Source of the DNA: an uncultured virus (IMG/VR IMGVR_UViG_3300027581_000001)
Lineage: Duplodnaviria > Heunggongvirae > Uroviricota > Caudoviricetes > Kyanoviridae
IMG/VR virus record: IMGVR_UViG_3300027581_000001
Direction: 5' to 3' (one strand)
Length of the DNA: 64,000 nt
Positions 45,681 through 56,307 of the stretch are shown one piece after another. A program made the translations under genes and the position numbers. The notes beneath the pieces are model-generated. The model did not search any database, had not been told where the DNA came from, and worked only from the letters and a program-made list of their open reading frames with translations. Each line of letters starts with the position of its first letter. The stretch's first letter is position 1.

Positions 45681-47981
45681 TCAGATTGTACAACTTTCAC
45701 ATGCCTCTTCATTCGACTTCATAATATCATTTAGGAGAGATTGAAGCTCCTGTTTTTGGTCATCAACTATCTCATCTGTTTTGATATCATAGGTGTTTTG
45801 ATAGTATGCTGTTTTATGTCCCATCTTAAAACAAGTAAGCATATCCTGTGCCATTACGCTAACAGGAACTTCATTATCAGCATAATTTTCTGGATTATAA
45901 GACCAGTTTCCAGAGATGGCTTGATCAAAAAATTTCTGCATCATCGCAACAATTTTAATATATCCATCATTACTTTTCATATCCCAGAGCAAAGTATAAT
46001 TATTTTTAAGTGTTGCATATTGGGGAACAATTTGTTTCAATGGACCTTTCTTTGACTTCTTGATGGATATAAATCCCCGAGGAGGTTCGATACCATTAGT
46101 TGCATTACATACCACAGAACTGCTCTCAGAAGGCATCTGTGCGGACAGTGTCGAGTGTCTAAGACCATGTTTCAGAATCAATGCCCTAAGAGATTTCCAG
46201 TCATGTTGAAGACCTACAGATGAAATTTGATCAACATCCTTTTTATATGTATCAATAGGAAGAATGCCATCAGAATACTTAGTGCGGCCAAAGTATTCAC
46301 AATATCCTTTCTCTTTGGCAAGTTGATTTGATGCTTTAAGAAGGTAATACTGGAAGGACTCAGACAGACCGTGAACGGCATCCCATGCCCCCTGTGAGTC
46401 GTAGTTGAACCCAAGTTTAGCAAGATAATGTGCTAGTCCAATATAACCAATTCCAAGAGATCTCCGTGCCTTTGTGGCAACTTCTGCTGCTAGTACAGGA
46501 TACTTTTGATAATCTATCAGTTCTTCGAGAGCACGAACAGAAAGATTACAAAGTTCTTCAAGTTCATCATCTGATTTCACTTTTCCGACATTAATCGCAG
46601 AAAGAATACACAGTGCGATTTCTCCTGTGGTCTCATCAATATGCTGAATTGGAAATGTTGGCAAAGTAATTTCTTGACAAAGATTACTCATCTCAATCTT
46701 ATCTTTAAAAGAACTATGGTTATTACAGTGATCTATATTCATAATATAGATTCTACCCGTTTCTGCTCTTTCTTTAAGAAGACTAAGAATAAGTTCCTGT
46801 GCCTTTATTGTTTTCTTTGGAACATTAGGGTTATTTTCGTATCCAATGTAAAGAGAATCAAACTCAATTGTTCCGAAAGAATCATAAAGTCCAGGTACAT
46901 CATGCGGGGAGAAAAGTGTAATCTCACGATCTTGAATAAATCTTTCATAAAATATTTTACTAAGTTGAATTGAATAGTCAAGTTTACGAACACGATTATC
47001 TTCTGTTCCTTTATTATTTTTGAGAACAAGAATATCTTCTATTTCTTGATGCCAGATTGGAAAGTGGACAGTAGCACTTCCACCACGAATCCCGTTTTGT
47101 GTACAGCATCTAACAGTTGCTTCAAACTTTTTGAGGAATGGGATAACCCCTGTATGCTGAACTTCTCCACCTCGGATTTTGCTGTTGATACCCCTGATTC
47201 TGCCTGCGTTAATACCGATACCAGCCCTTTGTGAGACATACCTGCCAATAGCCATATCACTGCTAAAGATACTATCGAGGGTGTCATCAACATCAACCAG
47301 AACACAAGATGCAAATTGACGAAGTGGGGTTCGCACTCCTGCCATAATTGGTGTGGGGATGTTGATTCGGTGTCTTGAGATTGCGTCATAATACTTCTTG
47401 ACGTATGATAGTCGTGTTTGTTTAGGGTATTCAGCAAATATTGTTAATGCGATCAGCATGTACATAAACTGCGGAGTTTCATATACTCCACCACTATTCC
47501 GGTCTTGCACAAGATACTTATCAACTACTTGACGTAATCCAGCATAAGTAAACAAATAATCACGATCATGACGAATGAAGGAATTGGCACTATCAATTTC
47601 TTCTTCTGAATATTTATTATAAATGTCACTATCGTACACTTCTGCTGAAACACAATCCATAATGTGTTGGTTCAGATGTGGAAATTCTTGCATTTTTCCA
47701 TAAAGTTGCTTACGAATCGCAAAAAGAAGCAAACGAGCAGCAACAAATTGGTAGTTTGGGTTGTCTAATGTTATTAAATCACTTGCACTACGAATAAGGA
47801 TTTCTTGAATTTCTTCAGTAGAAATACCATCATAGAATTGAATGCCTGAAGTAATTTCAACTTGACTTGCAGAGACTCCTGCGAGACCCTTACATGCTTC
47901 TTCAACCATTAAATGCATCTTATCTAGGTCAAGAGATTCAATTGCTCCATTTCTCTTGACTACCTTTGTTCCGTTACTCAT
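45681..47981 (-). CDS. nrdA: Class Ia ribonucleotide reductase alpha subunit
   Basis: ATP cone, PTPIMAG, SNLCQEI, C-terminal CESC. Confidence 0.98.
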   Translation of the reverse strand: MSNGTKVVKRNGAIESLDLDKMHLMVEEACKGLAGVSASQVEITSGIQFYDGISTEEIQEILIRSASDLITLDNPNYQFVAARLLLFAIRKQLYGKMQEFPHLNQHIMDCVSAEVYDSDIYNKYSEEEIDSANSFIRHDRDYLFTYAGLRQVVDKYLVQDRNSGGVYETPQFMYMLIALTIFAEYPKQTRLSYVKKYYDAISRHRINIPTPIMAGVRTPLRQFASCVLVDVDDTLDSIFSSDMAIGRYVSQRAGIGINAGRIRGINSKIRGGEVQHTGVIPFLKKFEATVRCCTQNGIRGGSATVHFPIWHQEIEDILVLKNNKGTEDNRVRKLDYSIQLSKIFYERFIQDREITLFSPHDVPGLYDSFGTIEFDSLYIGYENNPNVPKKTIKAQELILSLLKERAETGRIYIMNIDHCNNHSSFKDKIEMSNLCQEITLPTFPIQHIDETTGEIALCILSAINVGKVKSDDELEELCNLSVRALEELIDYQKYPVLAAEVATKARRSLGIGYIGLAHYLAKLGFNYDSQGAWDAVHGLSESFQYYLLKASNQLAKEKGYCEYFGRTKYSDGILPIDTYKKDVDQISSVGLQHDWKSLRALILKHGLRHSTLSAQMPSESSSVVCNATNGIEPPRGFISIKKSKKGPLKQIVPQYATLKNNYTLLWDMKSNDGYIKIVAMMQKFFDQAISGNWSYNPENYADNEVPVSVMAQDMLTCFKMGHKTAYYQNTYDIKTDEIVDDQKQELQSLLNDIMKSNEEACESCTI

Positions 47982-48946
47982 ATTTTTTTCCAGATGTTAA
48001 ATTTTAGTTTTGCTTCTAATCCTGAATATGTATTAGATTCTATCATGTGCTGAACATCATGTCCAGTCAAAATCATATCGTTTATATCTTTTTCTTCAGT
48101 ATTTGGGGGCCAAATAACAACTTTTTGTCCCAGTTCGATAACTCTGGAAATTCTTGATAAGATTTCTGTATTACGTGGTTCGTTATCATATATCCAAACA
48201 CGATCACCAATGCCCCACTTATCAACATCACCGTCAGCTCCACAAAGAGCAATTGAGTTTGAAATGAATGTTGAATCAAATGGTCCTTCAGTAATGTAAA
48301 CAGTTTTGTCTTTTTCAATTTCATCAAGTCCGTAAATTTTTGGAGCATCATCACTAATCATTATAGTAATGTATTTAATCTTATTAATCCCGATTGCTCT
48401 TCCCTGAAACCCAACAAGAGTATTTTGATAGAATAAAGGAATAATAATCCTTGGTTCTTCATATTTAGTATTTGGGAATGTTGGTTTGATTGAGTTTGTC
48501 CATTCCTTAAATTTTTCAGCATAGTAAAACTTATCTGGGTTTAACTTTCTACCGAGTAAGTATCCAAATGCACTTGGGTTTTCAGATGCCTTAGGTAAAT
48601 TTAATTTAGTTTTGAATACAGGAGCATCAAAGTTAAATTTAGGTTCTTCTACAATAAAATTCTTTCCAGTATTTCCTTCTTTAAACTTTTCAAAAATATA
48701 TTGTTTATGAATTTCAGTATCAATTTGTTTTAGGAAATTATTAAAGGATACATTTACTCCACAATTATGACACTTGTAGTTTGTGTTATTTTTTATTTGA
48801 TATAAATATCCTCTTGCCTTGTTCTTATTCGTTTGAGAGTCACCACAAATTGGACAACGAAAATTGTAGAGATTATTCTTTACCTTCTTAAATTTTTTAA
48901 ATCTAGAAGATATCAAATTGATGTATTTTACATCAACAAAATCCAT
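47978..48946 (-). CDS. gp61: DNA primase gp61
   Basis: CPICGDS..CHNC zinc finger, EGPFDS, YDNEPRN, KDIND TOPRIM motifs. Confidence 0.95.
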   Translation of the reverse strand: MDFVDVKYINLISSRFKKFKKVKNNLYNFRCPICGDSQTNKNKARGYLYQIKNNTNYKCHNCGVNVSFNNFLKQIDTEIHKQYIFEKFKEGNTGKNFIVEEPKFNFDAPVFKTKLNLPKASENPSAFGYLLGRKLNPDKFYYAEKFKEWTNSIKPTFPNTKYEEPRIIIPLFYQNTLVGFQGRAIGINKIKYITIMISDDAPKIYGLDEIEKDKTVYITEGPFDSTFISNSIALCGADGDVDKWGIGDRVWIYDNEPRNTEILSRISRVIELGQKVVIWPPNTEEKDINDMILTGHDVQHMIESNTYSGLEAKLKFNIWKKI

Positions 48947-49116
48947 AAGAAAAAATTAACCTGTTTAGATATTCTATCATATTACCTTACCTTGTCAAGA
49001 CAGAGTGAAGTGATTACTGCCGTCCATTTGATAATTGAATTAGTTATTTTATGCAGAGAGTATGTAGTAGGAGCATTTTTAGTTTTCATGGCATCCAAGT
49101 ACCAACACTCAACTAT

Positions 49117-49545
49117 TTATTTTATTAGTCTTTCTATTGAAATAGGAGTGGGAGATAATGTATTTGTAATGATATTACTACCAACAGTAGAGAAGATTAA
49201 AGAGACAATAGCAAGACCACCGGCAATCATCCACATCTTTTTTTCTAAATTAGTTAATCGATCACTAACTTTTATAATATCTCTTTCACATCCGTTTTTG
49301 ATAATATCAGTCTGACGAGTCATATCTCTGTGAAGACTGTCAATTTTCTCAAACAATACAGCATCTATTCGGTCTTGCTTATCTAACTTTTCATCGTGAA
49401 CGGCAAGCATCCGTGTTACATTTGAATTTGCCTCAATCAACTTATCAATCGCATTATCAATTTTCATTAACAATAGATCAGAAGAAGAAATTTTTTCTTC
49501 TAATATTGCGACTTTAGTTTCTAGTGTTTGGTATGAGGAGGTCAT
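49117..49545 (-). CDS. Coiled-coil protein with C-terminal TM helix
   Basis: MLAVHDEKL motif, hydrophobic C-terminal segment. Confidence 0.65.
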   Translation of the reverse strand: MTSSYQTLETKVAILEEKISSSDLLLMKIDNAIDKLIEANSNVTRMLAVHDEKLDKQDRIDAVLFEKIDSLHRDMTRQTDIIKNGCERDIIKVSDRLTNLEKKMWMIAGGLAIVSLIFSTVGSNIITNTLSPTPISIERLIK

Positions 49546-49546
49546 T

Positions 49547-49753
49547 TTACTTGGTTTTTAGGTATTGGATCCATAATTTACGAGAACCTGTACCACCACT
49601 CATATATTTTTTTCTCTTACGAACAGGGGGATCATCATCTGCTTCAACTGTTCCTGATATTTGTCCACCACCAACATTATTAGTTGGAGCATTCTCAGCA
49701 ATCATATGCTTTCTAATACTATTTATAATTTTATTAAGAGTCTTCTTTTCCAT
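49547..49753 (-). CDS. Hypothetical protein
   Basis: APTNNVGGG..DPPVRKRKK. Confidence 0.6.
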   Translation of the reverse strand: MEKKTLNKIINSIRKHMIAENAPTNNVGGGQISGTVEADDDPPVRKRKKYMSGGTGSRKLWIQYLKTK

Positions 49754-50126
49754 TATAGATCTTGTAAAGTTCCTTTAAACAATTAATATCAACCTGAATG
49801 TCATGAATACTTGATTGTGGGTATTCTGGAAGTCTATTAAGAAAGATAATAAATGATTTAGCAGCAGACCATAACTCTTGCTCAATTTTAAAAAACAACA
49901 TTGGTGTAGTTGCCTCTCCAAATATATTATAAAGAAGTATAAAATGATTCAAAATCAGATGAGTTTTTAATTCACCTGATTTTTTATATCTCTTCAATAA
50001 TCTTTTGATATACTTAAAATGATTTAAGTCTTTTTCAAAATCTTCTTTGATAACTGCTTTAGGATTTTCATAGTACCTAATAGCAAATAGGAGGAAGTTG
50101 TCCTCATTCAGTTCATTAAAGATCAT
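49734..50126 (-). CDS. Conserved T4-like hypothetical protein
   Basis: FAIRYYENP..DLNHFKYIKRL..LILNH. Confidence 0.75.
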   Translation of the reverse strand: MIFNELNEDNFLLFAIRYYENPKAVIKEDFEKDLNHFKYIKRLLKRYKKSGELKTHLILNHFILLYNIFGEATTPMLFFKIEQELWSAAKSFIIFLNRLPEYPQSSIHDIQVDINCLKELYKIYNGKEDS

Positions 50127-50133
50127 ATATTAA

Positions 50134-50697
50134 TCAACTAGCAGATACAATATTTGGGTAAGAAGGAGTATTACCAGTTTCAATTCCAGACATAGCAACT
50201 AAAACTTCCTTTCTAACTCTCAAAGTGCCTTCAGTTCCCATATACGTTTGAATTCCAACCCAACCAACACCCTCTTCATATTGAGTACCAGAAGATGCTC
50301 CCGACCCATCAGTGGAAATTCCATATACTTTACGTGGCGCGGCATTATTAACTGCCTGAGAACGACTGAAGGAAGAATCCTGAATTGTATATTTTGGAAG
50401 TTGTGATGCTTGGAATGAAGTAGATGCAATTGCAGCACCACTCAATCCTGCAGTAGATCCAATTGTCAGTGAGGTAGTGCTGGCAATACTGATAACAACT
50501 GCATCACCAAAATACACTCCATTTTTTACAGGAGAACCAAATCTAATAACATCTCCTACCTGAATACTACCAGTAAGTCCAAATGATGTTCCAGCACCGG
50601 GAGTTTCCAAGTTAGATCCTGTAGCAATACCGGTAGCATAGTCTAAAGTGACTCTGCCTGCAGCATTAATGTTATCTTTGTTTCCCCAGAGTGCCAT
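50134..50697 (-). CDS. Putative virion structural protein
   Basis: MALWG start, GWVG..RVRKEVLVAMS; late promoter TATAAATA at 50731-50738. Confidence 0.65.
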   Translation of the reverse strand: MALWGNKDNINAAGRVTLDYATGIATGSNLETPGAGTSFGLTGSIQVGDVIRFGSPVKNGVYFGDAVVISIASTTSLTIGSTAGLSGAAIASTSFQASQLPKYTIQDSSFSRSQAVNNAAPRKVYGISTDGSGASSGTQYEEGVGWVGIQTYMGTEGTLRVRKEVLVAMSGIETGNTPSYPNIVSAS

Positions 50698-50791
50698 TTT
50701 GTTATTCCCGTAAAGTTACTTGCTAAAAATTATTTATAAGAATATAGTATAACAATTCCTGTAGTTATTTATGTTTTAGTCAAATCTAGAT

Positions 50792-52672
50792 TCAATCTTT
50801 TTTTATCATCATATAATCTTCCAATACTTCACCTTCTGGTTGATAAGATGCCTCAAGAGGAAGTTTGTTAGATCTTTGCATTTGAAATTTCTGACGATCT
50901 ATTTGTTGCTTTTTTTGTTGAAGAATTTTTAGGTTAGCAAGTTTCTGCTTATCCATCATTTCTTTTTTCTTGTCAATAGCAGGAGCCGCGGTATCCGTAG
51001 TTGCTATTGCTGGTTCATCATCCATTTTTTCTACTATTTTCTTTGCCATTTTTGTGGCAGTAGCATACATCACTTCTTCACCCCGACCAGGATATCTCTT
51101 CTCAAAATCTTCTTTTTTATCCTTCATTGATTTTACAATTTCTTCTTTCTTTTCAGTTTCAGAATCAGTTAATGTCTTTTCATTAAGTTTAAATTCTTCG
51201 TTACGAACAGAATCAAGAAGTTTGTCTAGATTACCTTTCTTGGATGCTGGTTTTGCTTTGGGTTTTGCTTTGGGTTTTACTGCTGTTGCTGTTGGTGTAG
51301 GTGCTGGTGTTGATGTGGTAGTAGTAGTTTTACTTCCACCATCTTCCATTCTACGAGCAACATTTCTTGCTCCTCTTGATACTGTTCTTGCACCAGCACC
51401 AATTACTCTCTTCAGACCAGACTTGAGTGCTGATCCAATTCTTCCAAAAAGTCCGGATTTCTTAGATCCTGTTTCAGTTGAACTTGATGATGAAGAACTT
51501 GTTTGTGGTGCTGGTGTTGGTGAAGAAGAACTACTACTATCAGAAGAACCTCCTCTATCTTTCATTGCACGGGCAACATTTCTTGCTCCTCTTGATAATG
51601 CTCTTGCACCAGCACCAACTACTCTCTTCACAGCAGATTTTACTTTTGCAAGTCTATCAGTCTTAATATCAGTATCGTGTCCTAGAGTAACTTTTGCTTC
51701 TGTTAAAAGAGAAGCAGAAATATCTATTGATTCAATCAAAACATTTTCAACTTCTTTAATATCATATCCTTCTTGGATACACTCATTAAACAACTCTTCA
51801 ACAACTTCTTCAATTAGTTTGTCTGAAAGAAGGAAAACTTCAGATTCTGAAAGGTCATCAAGAACACAATCAATATCTTCAATCTCCACCATTTCAAGTA
51901 AAGTTCCACCAAGTTCTTTTACTGCTTCACCAAGACTTGGATTGATTTTAATTTTATTATCAATTTGCTTTTCAGTAATTTTTACATCTTCACTTTTGTT
52001 TTTTTTTACATCTCCAATGACTTCAGATAAGTCTTCTCTCCAATCAGAATAACCTTCTTTTATTTTCTTCTTTTTACTTTTATTATTAAATAATTCACCA
52101 GCTGCTACACCACCTTTAGGGTTATTTTTACCAGATACTCCCCTATTTTTTTCTGCCTCAATAGGATCAAAATCAGGGTCATCCATTGGGTCATAGAACT
52201 TACCTTCTTTTTGAATTGCCTTACTAACTACTTTACGACGATTATGAAGATACTTATCTGTCTTAGTATTCTTCTTACCATCATTATTAATATCAGCGTC
52301 TTCTTGCCCTACTGGGTCAAGTGCTTCTTTATTCATAGAACCATAAGTTTTTACATTATACTCTTTTCCACCAGGTCCAATATCAGCAACTCTATATCCA
52401 AGTTTTTCCGGTGGAACTTGAATCTTTATCATTGGTTTTTTCTTTGCTTCATTAACAAACTCTTCTTTCTTAACTCTTCTTCTTTCTTCGTGCTCTGCTC
52501 TACGGGTTGTTTGCTGCCCACCACCTAGCATTTCAGCACCAGAAGGATTATCATATCTTGCAAGTCTTGCAGCAGATCTTTTATATTCTGGAAGTTTTTT
52601 ATCTGCTTTACCTTCATCAACAACCTGGTCCAGATAAACCTTGGAAATATCGTTAAGAATATTCATTGACAT
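50792..52672 (-). CDS. Large charged low-complexity protein, putative internal head protein
   Basis: 626 aa, EALDPVGQEDADINNDG module, internal repeat GAGAR..SRGARNVAR, many (I/L/V)xE sites. Confidence 0.6.
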   Translation of the reverse strand: MSMNILNDISKVYLDQVVDEGKADKKLPEYKRSAARLARYDNPSGAEMLGGGQQTTRRAEHEERRRVKKEEFVNEAKKKPMIKIQVPPEKLGYRVADIGPGGKEYNVKTYGSMNKEALDPVGQEDADINNDGKKNTKTDKYLHNRRKVVSKAIQKEGKFYDPMDDPDFDPIEAEKNRGVSGKNNPKGGVAAGELFNNKSKKKKIKEGYSDWREDLSEVIGDVKKNKSEDVKITEKQIDNKIKINPSLGEAVKELGGTLLEMVEIEDIDCVLDDLSESEVFLLSDKLIEEVVEELFNECIQEGYDIKEVENVLIESIDISASLLTEAKVTLGHDTDIKTDRLAKVKSAVKRVVGAGARALSRGARNVARAMKDRGGSSDSSSSSSPTPAPQTSSSSSSSTETGSKKSGLFGRIGSALKSGLKRVIGAGARTVSRGARNVARRMEDGGSKTTTTTSTPAPTPTATAVKPKAKPKAKPASKKGNLDKLLDSVRNEEFKLNEKTLTDSETEKKEEIVKSMKDKKEDFEKRYPGRGEEVMYATATKMAKKIVEKMDDEPAIATTDTAAPAIDKKKEMMDKQKLANLKILQQKKQQIDRQKFQMQRSNKLPLEASYQPEGEVLEDYMMIKKD

Positions 52673-52673
52673 T

Positions 52674-53981
52674 TTAATAAGTGCTTTCTTTTATTTTCCT
52701 ATATTTATTTATGAATTCTTTTATATTACTGTAACCTTTATATGGTTTTGCTCCTTGTTGTAGATTCGTTTTATCACCCTTCTCAAATCCAGGAGTCATA
52801 TCCACAGCATACTTAAAATAATCAGAGGTTCCGACAAGAGTATTTGGTTTTCCAGGAAGTCTTTCCTTTTTATTCATTTTAGTTTCAGTATATTCCATTA
52901 CATCCTTTATCCAAGACTTAAACATATACTCTTCTTTTGTAAGACAAATCAAATGATTAGTGCCTCTACGAGTAATTTTACCAACAAGTCCTGTATTTAA
53001 ATTTTCTATAATATCTCCAATTCTAAAAATATTACCCTTTACATAGTTTTCACGAAGAGTTTGTTGGTCGTACTTTGGAGCAATCTGCCATAACTCAATA
53101 ACTTCTTTTTTCTTTTTCTTTGCTCCCATTCCTTGACGAACAGCATTAAAAAGTGCCTGAGCATCAGTATCATTAAGTTTCTTTGGAGTTCCTTTACGAA
53201 ATGACTCAAAATCATCATCTATAACTGCCTTTCTCATTTTAGAAGCAGACATTCCTTCCACACCATCAGCATCAGCATCTCTAACTCCTGCTGAAATCAC
53301 ACGAATTAAATCAAAGTTATAAAGGTCTCCATTATACTTCTGTGCAAGATTTTCAAATTCTGCCTGACGGTCAGAACCAACAATAATATTTACATTTTTA
53401 TATCCATCTCCATTCGCATTTGTAAGAACATCAAAAATAGATTTCATATTAGAATCACTAATAATATTATCCTCATAATTTGGAAACATCTTCTTCATAA
53501 AAGATATTTTCATATCAGGGTCAAGTGGATTTTTCTTGGGGTCTTGTGTTCTTGATGGGTAAATCTTAAGGTCTCCACCTACTGATGCTCTTTTTGCAGC
53601 ACTTAAAAGTTTTTCGTGGCCGACTGTTGGTGGATTAAAACGACCAAAGGCAATCGTTAATGTAGATCCTTCCTCATCTGGTTGCTCCTCTGGTTCCTGC
53701 TGTGGTGCTCCTGAGGGTTGTGGAGCAGGTTGTGCTTGTACCTTTGAAGTATCTTGTGCTTGAGGTGCTGCTGCTGGTTTCTTTTCATCTGCTGGTTCTT
53801 CATCACCCTTTGAAGATTTTTTACCAATAAGTTTAAGTTTTCCGTTTTCAGTTCTTGCTACTACTTTTCCAGTGCGGTCAACCCATCCACCATGACCATC
53901 TCCAGTATATCCAAGTTTCTTTGCCTGCATTGCTGCTTGAGATTCAGTTGCCTCAGATAAAAATTGGAAGAAACTCTTCAT
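52674..53981 (-). CDS. Nucleotidyltransferase (cytidylyltransferase/HxGH family)
   Basis: FGRFNPPTVGHEKL, VGSDR, SASKMR. Confidence 0.88.
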   Translation of the reverse strand: MKSFFQFLSEATESQAAMQAKKLGYTGDGHGGWVDRTGKVVARTENGKLKLIGKKSSKGDEEPADEKKPAAAPQAQDTSKVQAQPAPQPSGAPQQEPEEQPDEEGSTLTIAFGRFNPPTVGHEKLLSAAKRASVGGDLKIYPSRTQDPKKNPLDPDMKISFMKKMFPNYEDNIISDSNMKSIFDVLTNANGDGYKNVNIIVGSDRQAEFENLAQKYNGDLYNFDLIRVISAGVRDADADGVEGMSASKMRKAVIDDDFESFRKGTPKKLNDTDAQALFNAVRQGMGAKKKKKEVIELWQIAPKYDQQTLRENYVKGNIFRIGDIIENLNTGLVGKITRRGTNHLICLTKEEYMFKSWIKDVMEYTETKMNKKERLPGKPNTLVGTSDYFKYAVDMTPGFEKGDKTNLQQGAKPYKGYSNIKEFINKYRKIKESTY

Positions 53982-54012
53982 ACTACTTGTTTATATACCT
54001 TTATTTATTGAT

Positions 54013-55197
54013 TTAATATATTTTTAAAAATGGACCATTAGCAGAACCAAATTCTTTTTTTGCCCCATAGTATAAAATTCTACACCAATCTTTTGTTTTC
54101 TTTTTTATATCTATTTGTATCCAAGTATTACACCATTCTATAGCAATAAGTTTTGAAGAAAATCTTCCTGCAGAACTTCTATCATTAGTATTTGTTTCGT
54201 ATATAATTGCATTTTCTAAAATCTCTTCAAAAGTATTTCCTATTTTTTTACCATCTTGATATACAGCGATTTCACCAAAGTCAATCATAGAATTTCTTTT
54301 TAATTTATTAAACAAATCTATCCAATATTTTTTATCAGCTTCGTTCCATTTTCCCACAGCAGGAATATGTGGATGTTTAGTTGCAGAGGATGGTCTTGTC
54401 ATTCCAAGATCTGAAAAAAACTTATCCATCGCAACACTAGAAACTTTTCCAAGTTTTGCTCCAGCATCTTTTCCTTTTGGAGTTAAATCAGTTTGAACTA
54501 CATTTCTTGCCTGAGAATACTGAAAGTTTCTAGATTGTCCGTGTATCTGTCCTCCAGATTCTGTTTTTAAATCAAATCCAAGTTCTCCAGTATCAAATAA
54601 AAAATTTGCTTTTTTTCCTAAAGTAAGATTGCATTTTAATGAACCCGAAATAAGATCAATATTAATTGGCACAGTTTTATTGCCACCCATATTTGCCAGT
54701 TCAGCATTGGCAATTTTTTTATTTTTTGATATTGCCTTTAAAGAAACACCAATTAATATTTTTTCTTGTAGCACCTCTTTCATATAAGTATTCAAAAGTG
54801 AAAGATTTGCCTGTTTACTCATTCCATCAATATTAGTAAGTTCTCTTATAGTTCCCTCAACAGTTTTTTTCATATTCTTTTTTACCATAACAATGTCCAT
54901 AGGGTTCCATCTATCTTTGACAGAAACTCCACAATCTTTTTTAGCAATATCTTCAATATAAGGCATTATTCCAGAGTCTCTAGAGTATTCATACCCTTTA
55001 TTTGATCCTAAAAAATTTTTTAATGCTGTTGCCTGTTTTCTATATGTCTCTTTCCATTCAGCATTATAACCACCATAAACTTTTAACATAACCGCATCTG
55101 ACGGTTCTTTTCCAGTTTCAATTACTGAGTCAAAAAAAACTCTAGATCCATTTTCTTGCTTAGCAGTTTCCGTAGCATTAGTTGCCATAACACTCAA
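54013..55197 (-). CDS. Hypothetical protein, possible PD-(D/E)xK nuclease
   Basis: DRWNPMDIV...IGVSLK motif pair. Confidence 0.5.
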   Translation of the reverse strand: MSVMATNATETAKQENGSRVFFDSVIETGKEPSDAVMLKVYGGYNAEWKETYRKQATALKNFLGSNKGYEYSRDSGIMPYIEDIAKKDCGVSVKDRWNPMDIVMVKKNMKKTVEGTIRELTNIDGMSKQANLSLLNTYMKEVLQEKILIGVSLKAISKNKKIANAELANMGGNKTVPINIDLISGSLKCNLTLGKKANFLFDTGELGFDLKTESGGQIHGQSRNFQYSQARNVVQTDLTPKGKDAGAKLGKVSSVAMDKFFSDLGMTRPSSATKHPHIPAVGKWNEADKKYWIDLFNKLKRNSMIDFGEIAVYQDGKKIGNTFEEILENAIIYETNTNDRSSAGRFSSKLIAIEWCNTWIQIDIKKKTKDWCRILYYGAKKEFGSANGPFLKIY

Positions 55198-55210
55198 ACA
55201 CTTTAAAGTT

Positions 55211-56245
55211 TTAGTTATATCCTGCTGCTGGAAGTCCTCTTGATGCTCTGGGTGATGAATATTCTGAAGACTTTCTAATATTTGCTGATGTGTCTGGTGT
55301 AGGATTTACTACTCCTTTAGGTATCTTTATTTTAGACCTTTCTTCTTTTGACCCAAAAAGTTCTTCTCTAGATGGTGTACGAACATCTGAAGGCATTTTT
55401 GCTGCTGCTTTCATCATACCAGCACGAAACTCATCCTGACTTACTTCTGTAAGAATATTCTCTCTCCACTCTTCACTCATATTTGCCATAATCACTAATG
55501 CATTTTCTTTAGTATCAGCATAACCTTCATCAAGTAAGTGTGATAGAACAAGATCGTAGAAATCAAACTCCATATTCAGTTGCTTTCTCTCATTAGGAGT
55601 TAGAGCAGCCCTTCCTCTTTGTGCTCCTCTTGCATCTTGCTTTGCTTTTACAGCAGGATCACTTGATTTATGACCATATCCACGAAGACCAGGACTTGAA
55701 GAAGTCGTATTACGGAAATTGCCTCTTTGAGTTCTTGCAAGTTTCTCTCTACCTTCTTTCTTTTTATTATCACCATAAGTTTCACGATCTGCTAGTGAAG
55801 TTGCTTTGTCTGCAAACGCACCAGCACCACTAGCACCAGTTTTCTTAGCAATTGTATTACGAATTTCAGTCTCATCCTTGCCTCTCTTTGCCATGGCAGT
55901 TGCTTCATCAACAGATTTTTCTTTCTTATATTCAGGATGGTCATCAAGTTTCATTCCACGCTTCTTCTCAAGACGTGCTTTTCTCTCTGCAGTTCCTTTC
56001 TTGGATTCAAGGTCACGCACACCTTCTCCTAAATGATCGGCAGATTTATAACCCTTAACACCTGCTTTAAAGTTTTGATATGCTTTAGTATTTGCTTTCT
56101 TATCTGCGTTGGTAACAACCATTCTATCGTCTTTAGGTGCTTCTGGTTTCTTTGGCTCTCCACCATACACTGCCTCATCAAGAACTTCCTCTTGATAAAC
56201 ATTTAAATATGCTTCTTGTAAATTGCAAAAGTCTTGGGAATTCAT
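55211..56245 (-). CDS. Charged hypothetical protein, putative internal head protein
   Basis: LQEAY..VY N-terminus, HLLDEGYA..IMANMSEEW module; late promoter at 56265-56272. Confidence 0.6.
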   Translation of the reverse strand: MNSQDFCNLQEAYLNVYQEEVLDEAVYGGEPKKPEAPKDDRMVVTNADKKANTKAYQNFKAGVKGYKSADHLGEGVRDLESKKGTAERKARLEKKRGMKLDDHPEYKKEKSVDEATAMAKRGKDETEIRNTIAKKTGASGAGAFADKATSLADRETYGDNKKKEGREKLARTQRGNFRNTTSSSPGLRGYGHKSSDPAVKAKQDARGAQRGRAALTPNERKQLNMEFDFYDLVLSHLLDEGYADTKENALVIMANMSEEWRENILTEVSQDEFRAGMMKAAAKMPSDVRTPSREELFGSKEERSKIKIPKGVVNPTPDTSANIRKSSEYSSPRASRGLPAAGYN

Positions 56246-56307
56246 TTATATAACACTTTCTAATTATTTATATAAAAAAATCCCCAGAAGAGGAGAGAGT
56301 GTATATT

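Noticed and set aside
50970..52052. 360-aa + strand ORF
   Set aside because: Antisense shadow of the 626-aa gene; Ser/Phe/Leu-rich composition with no RBS or motifs.
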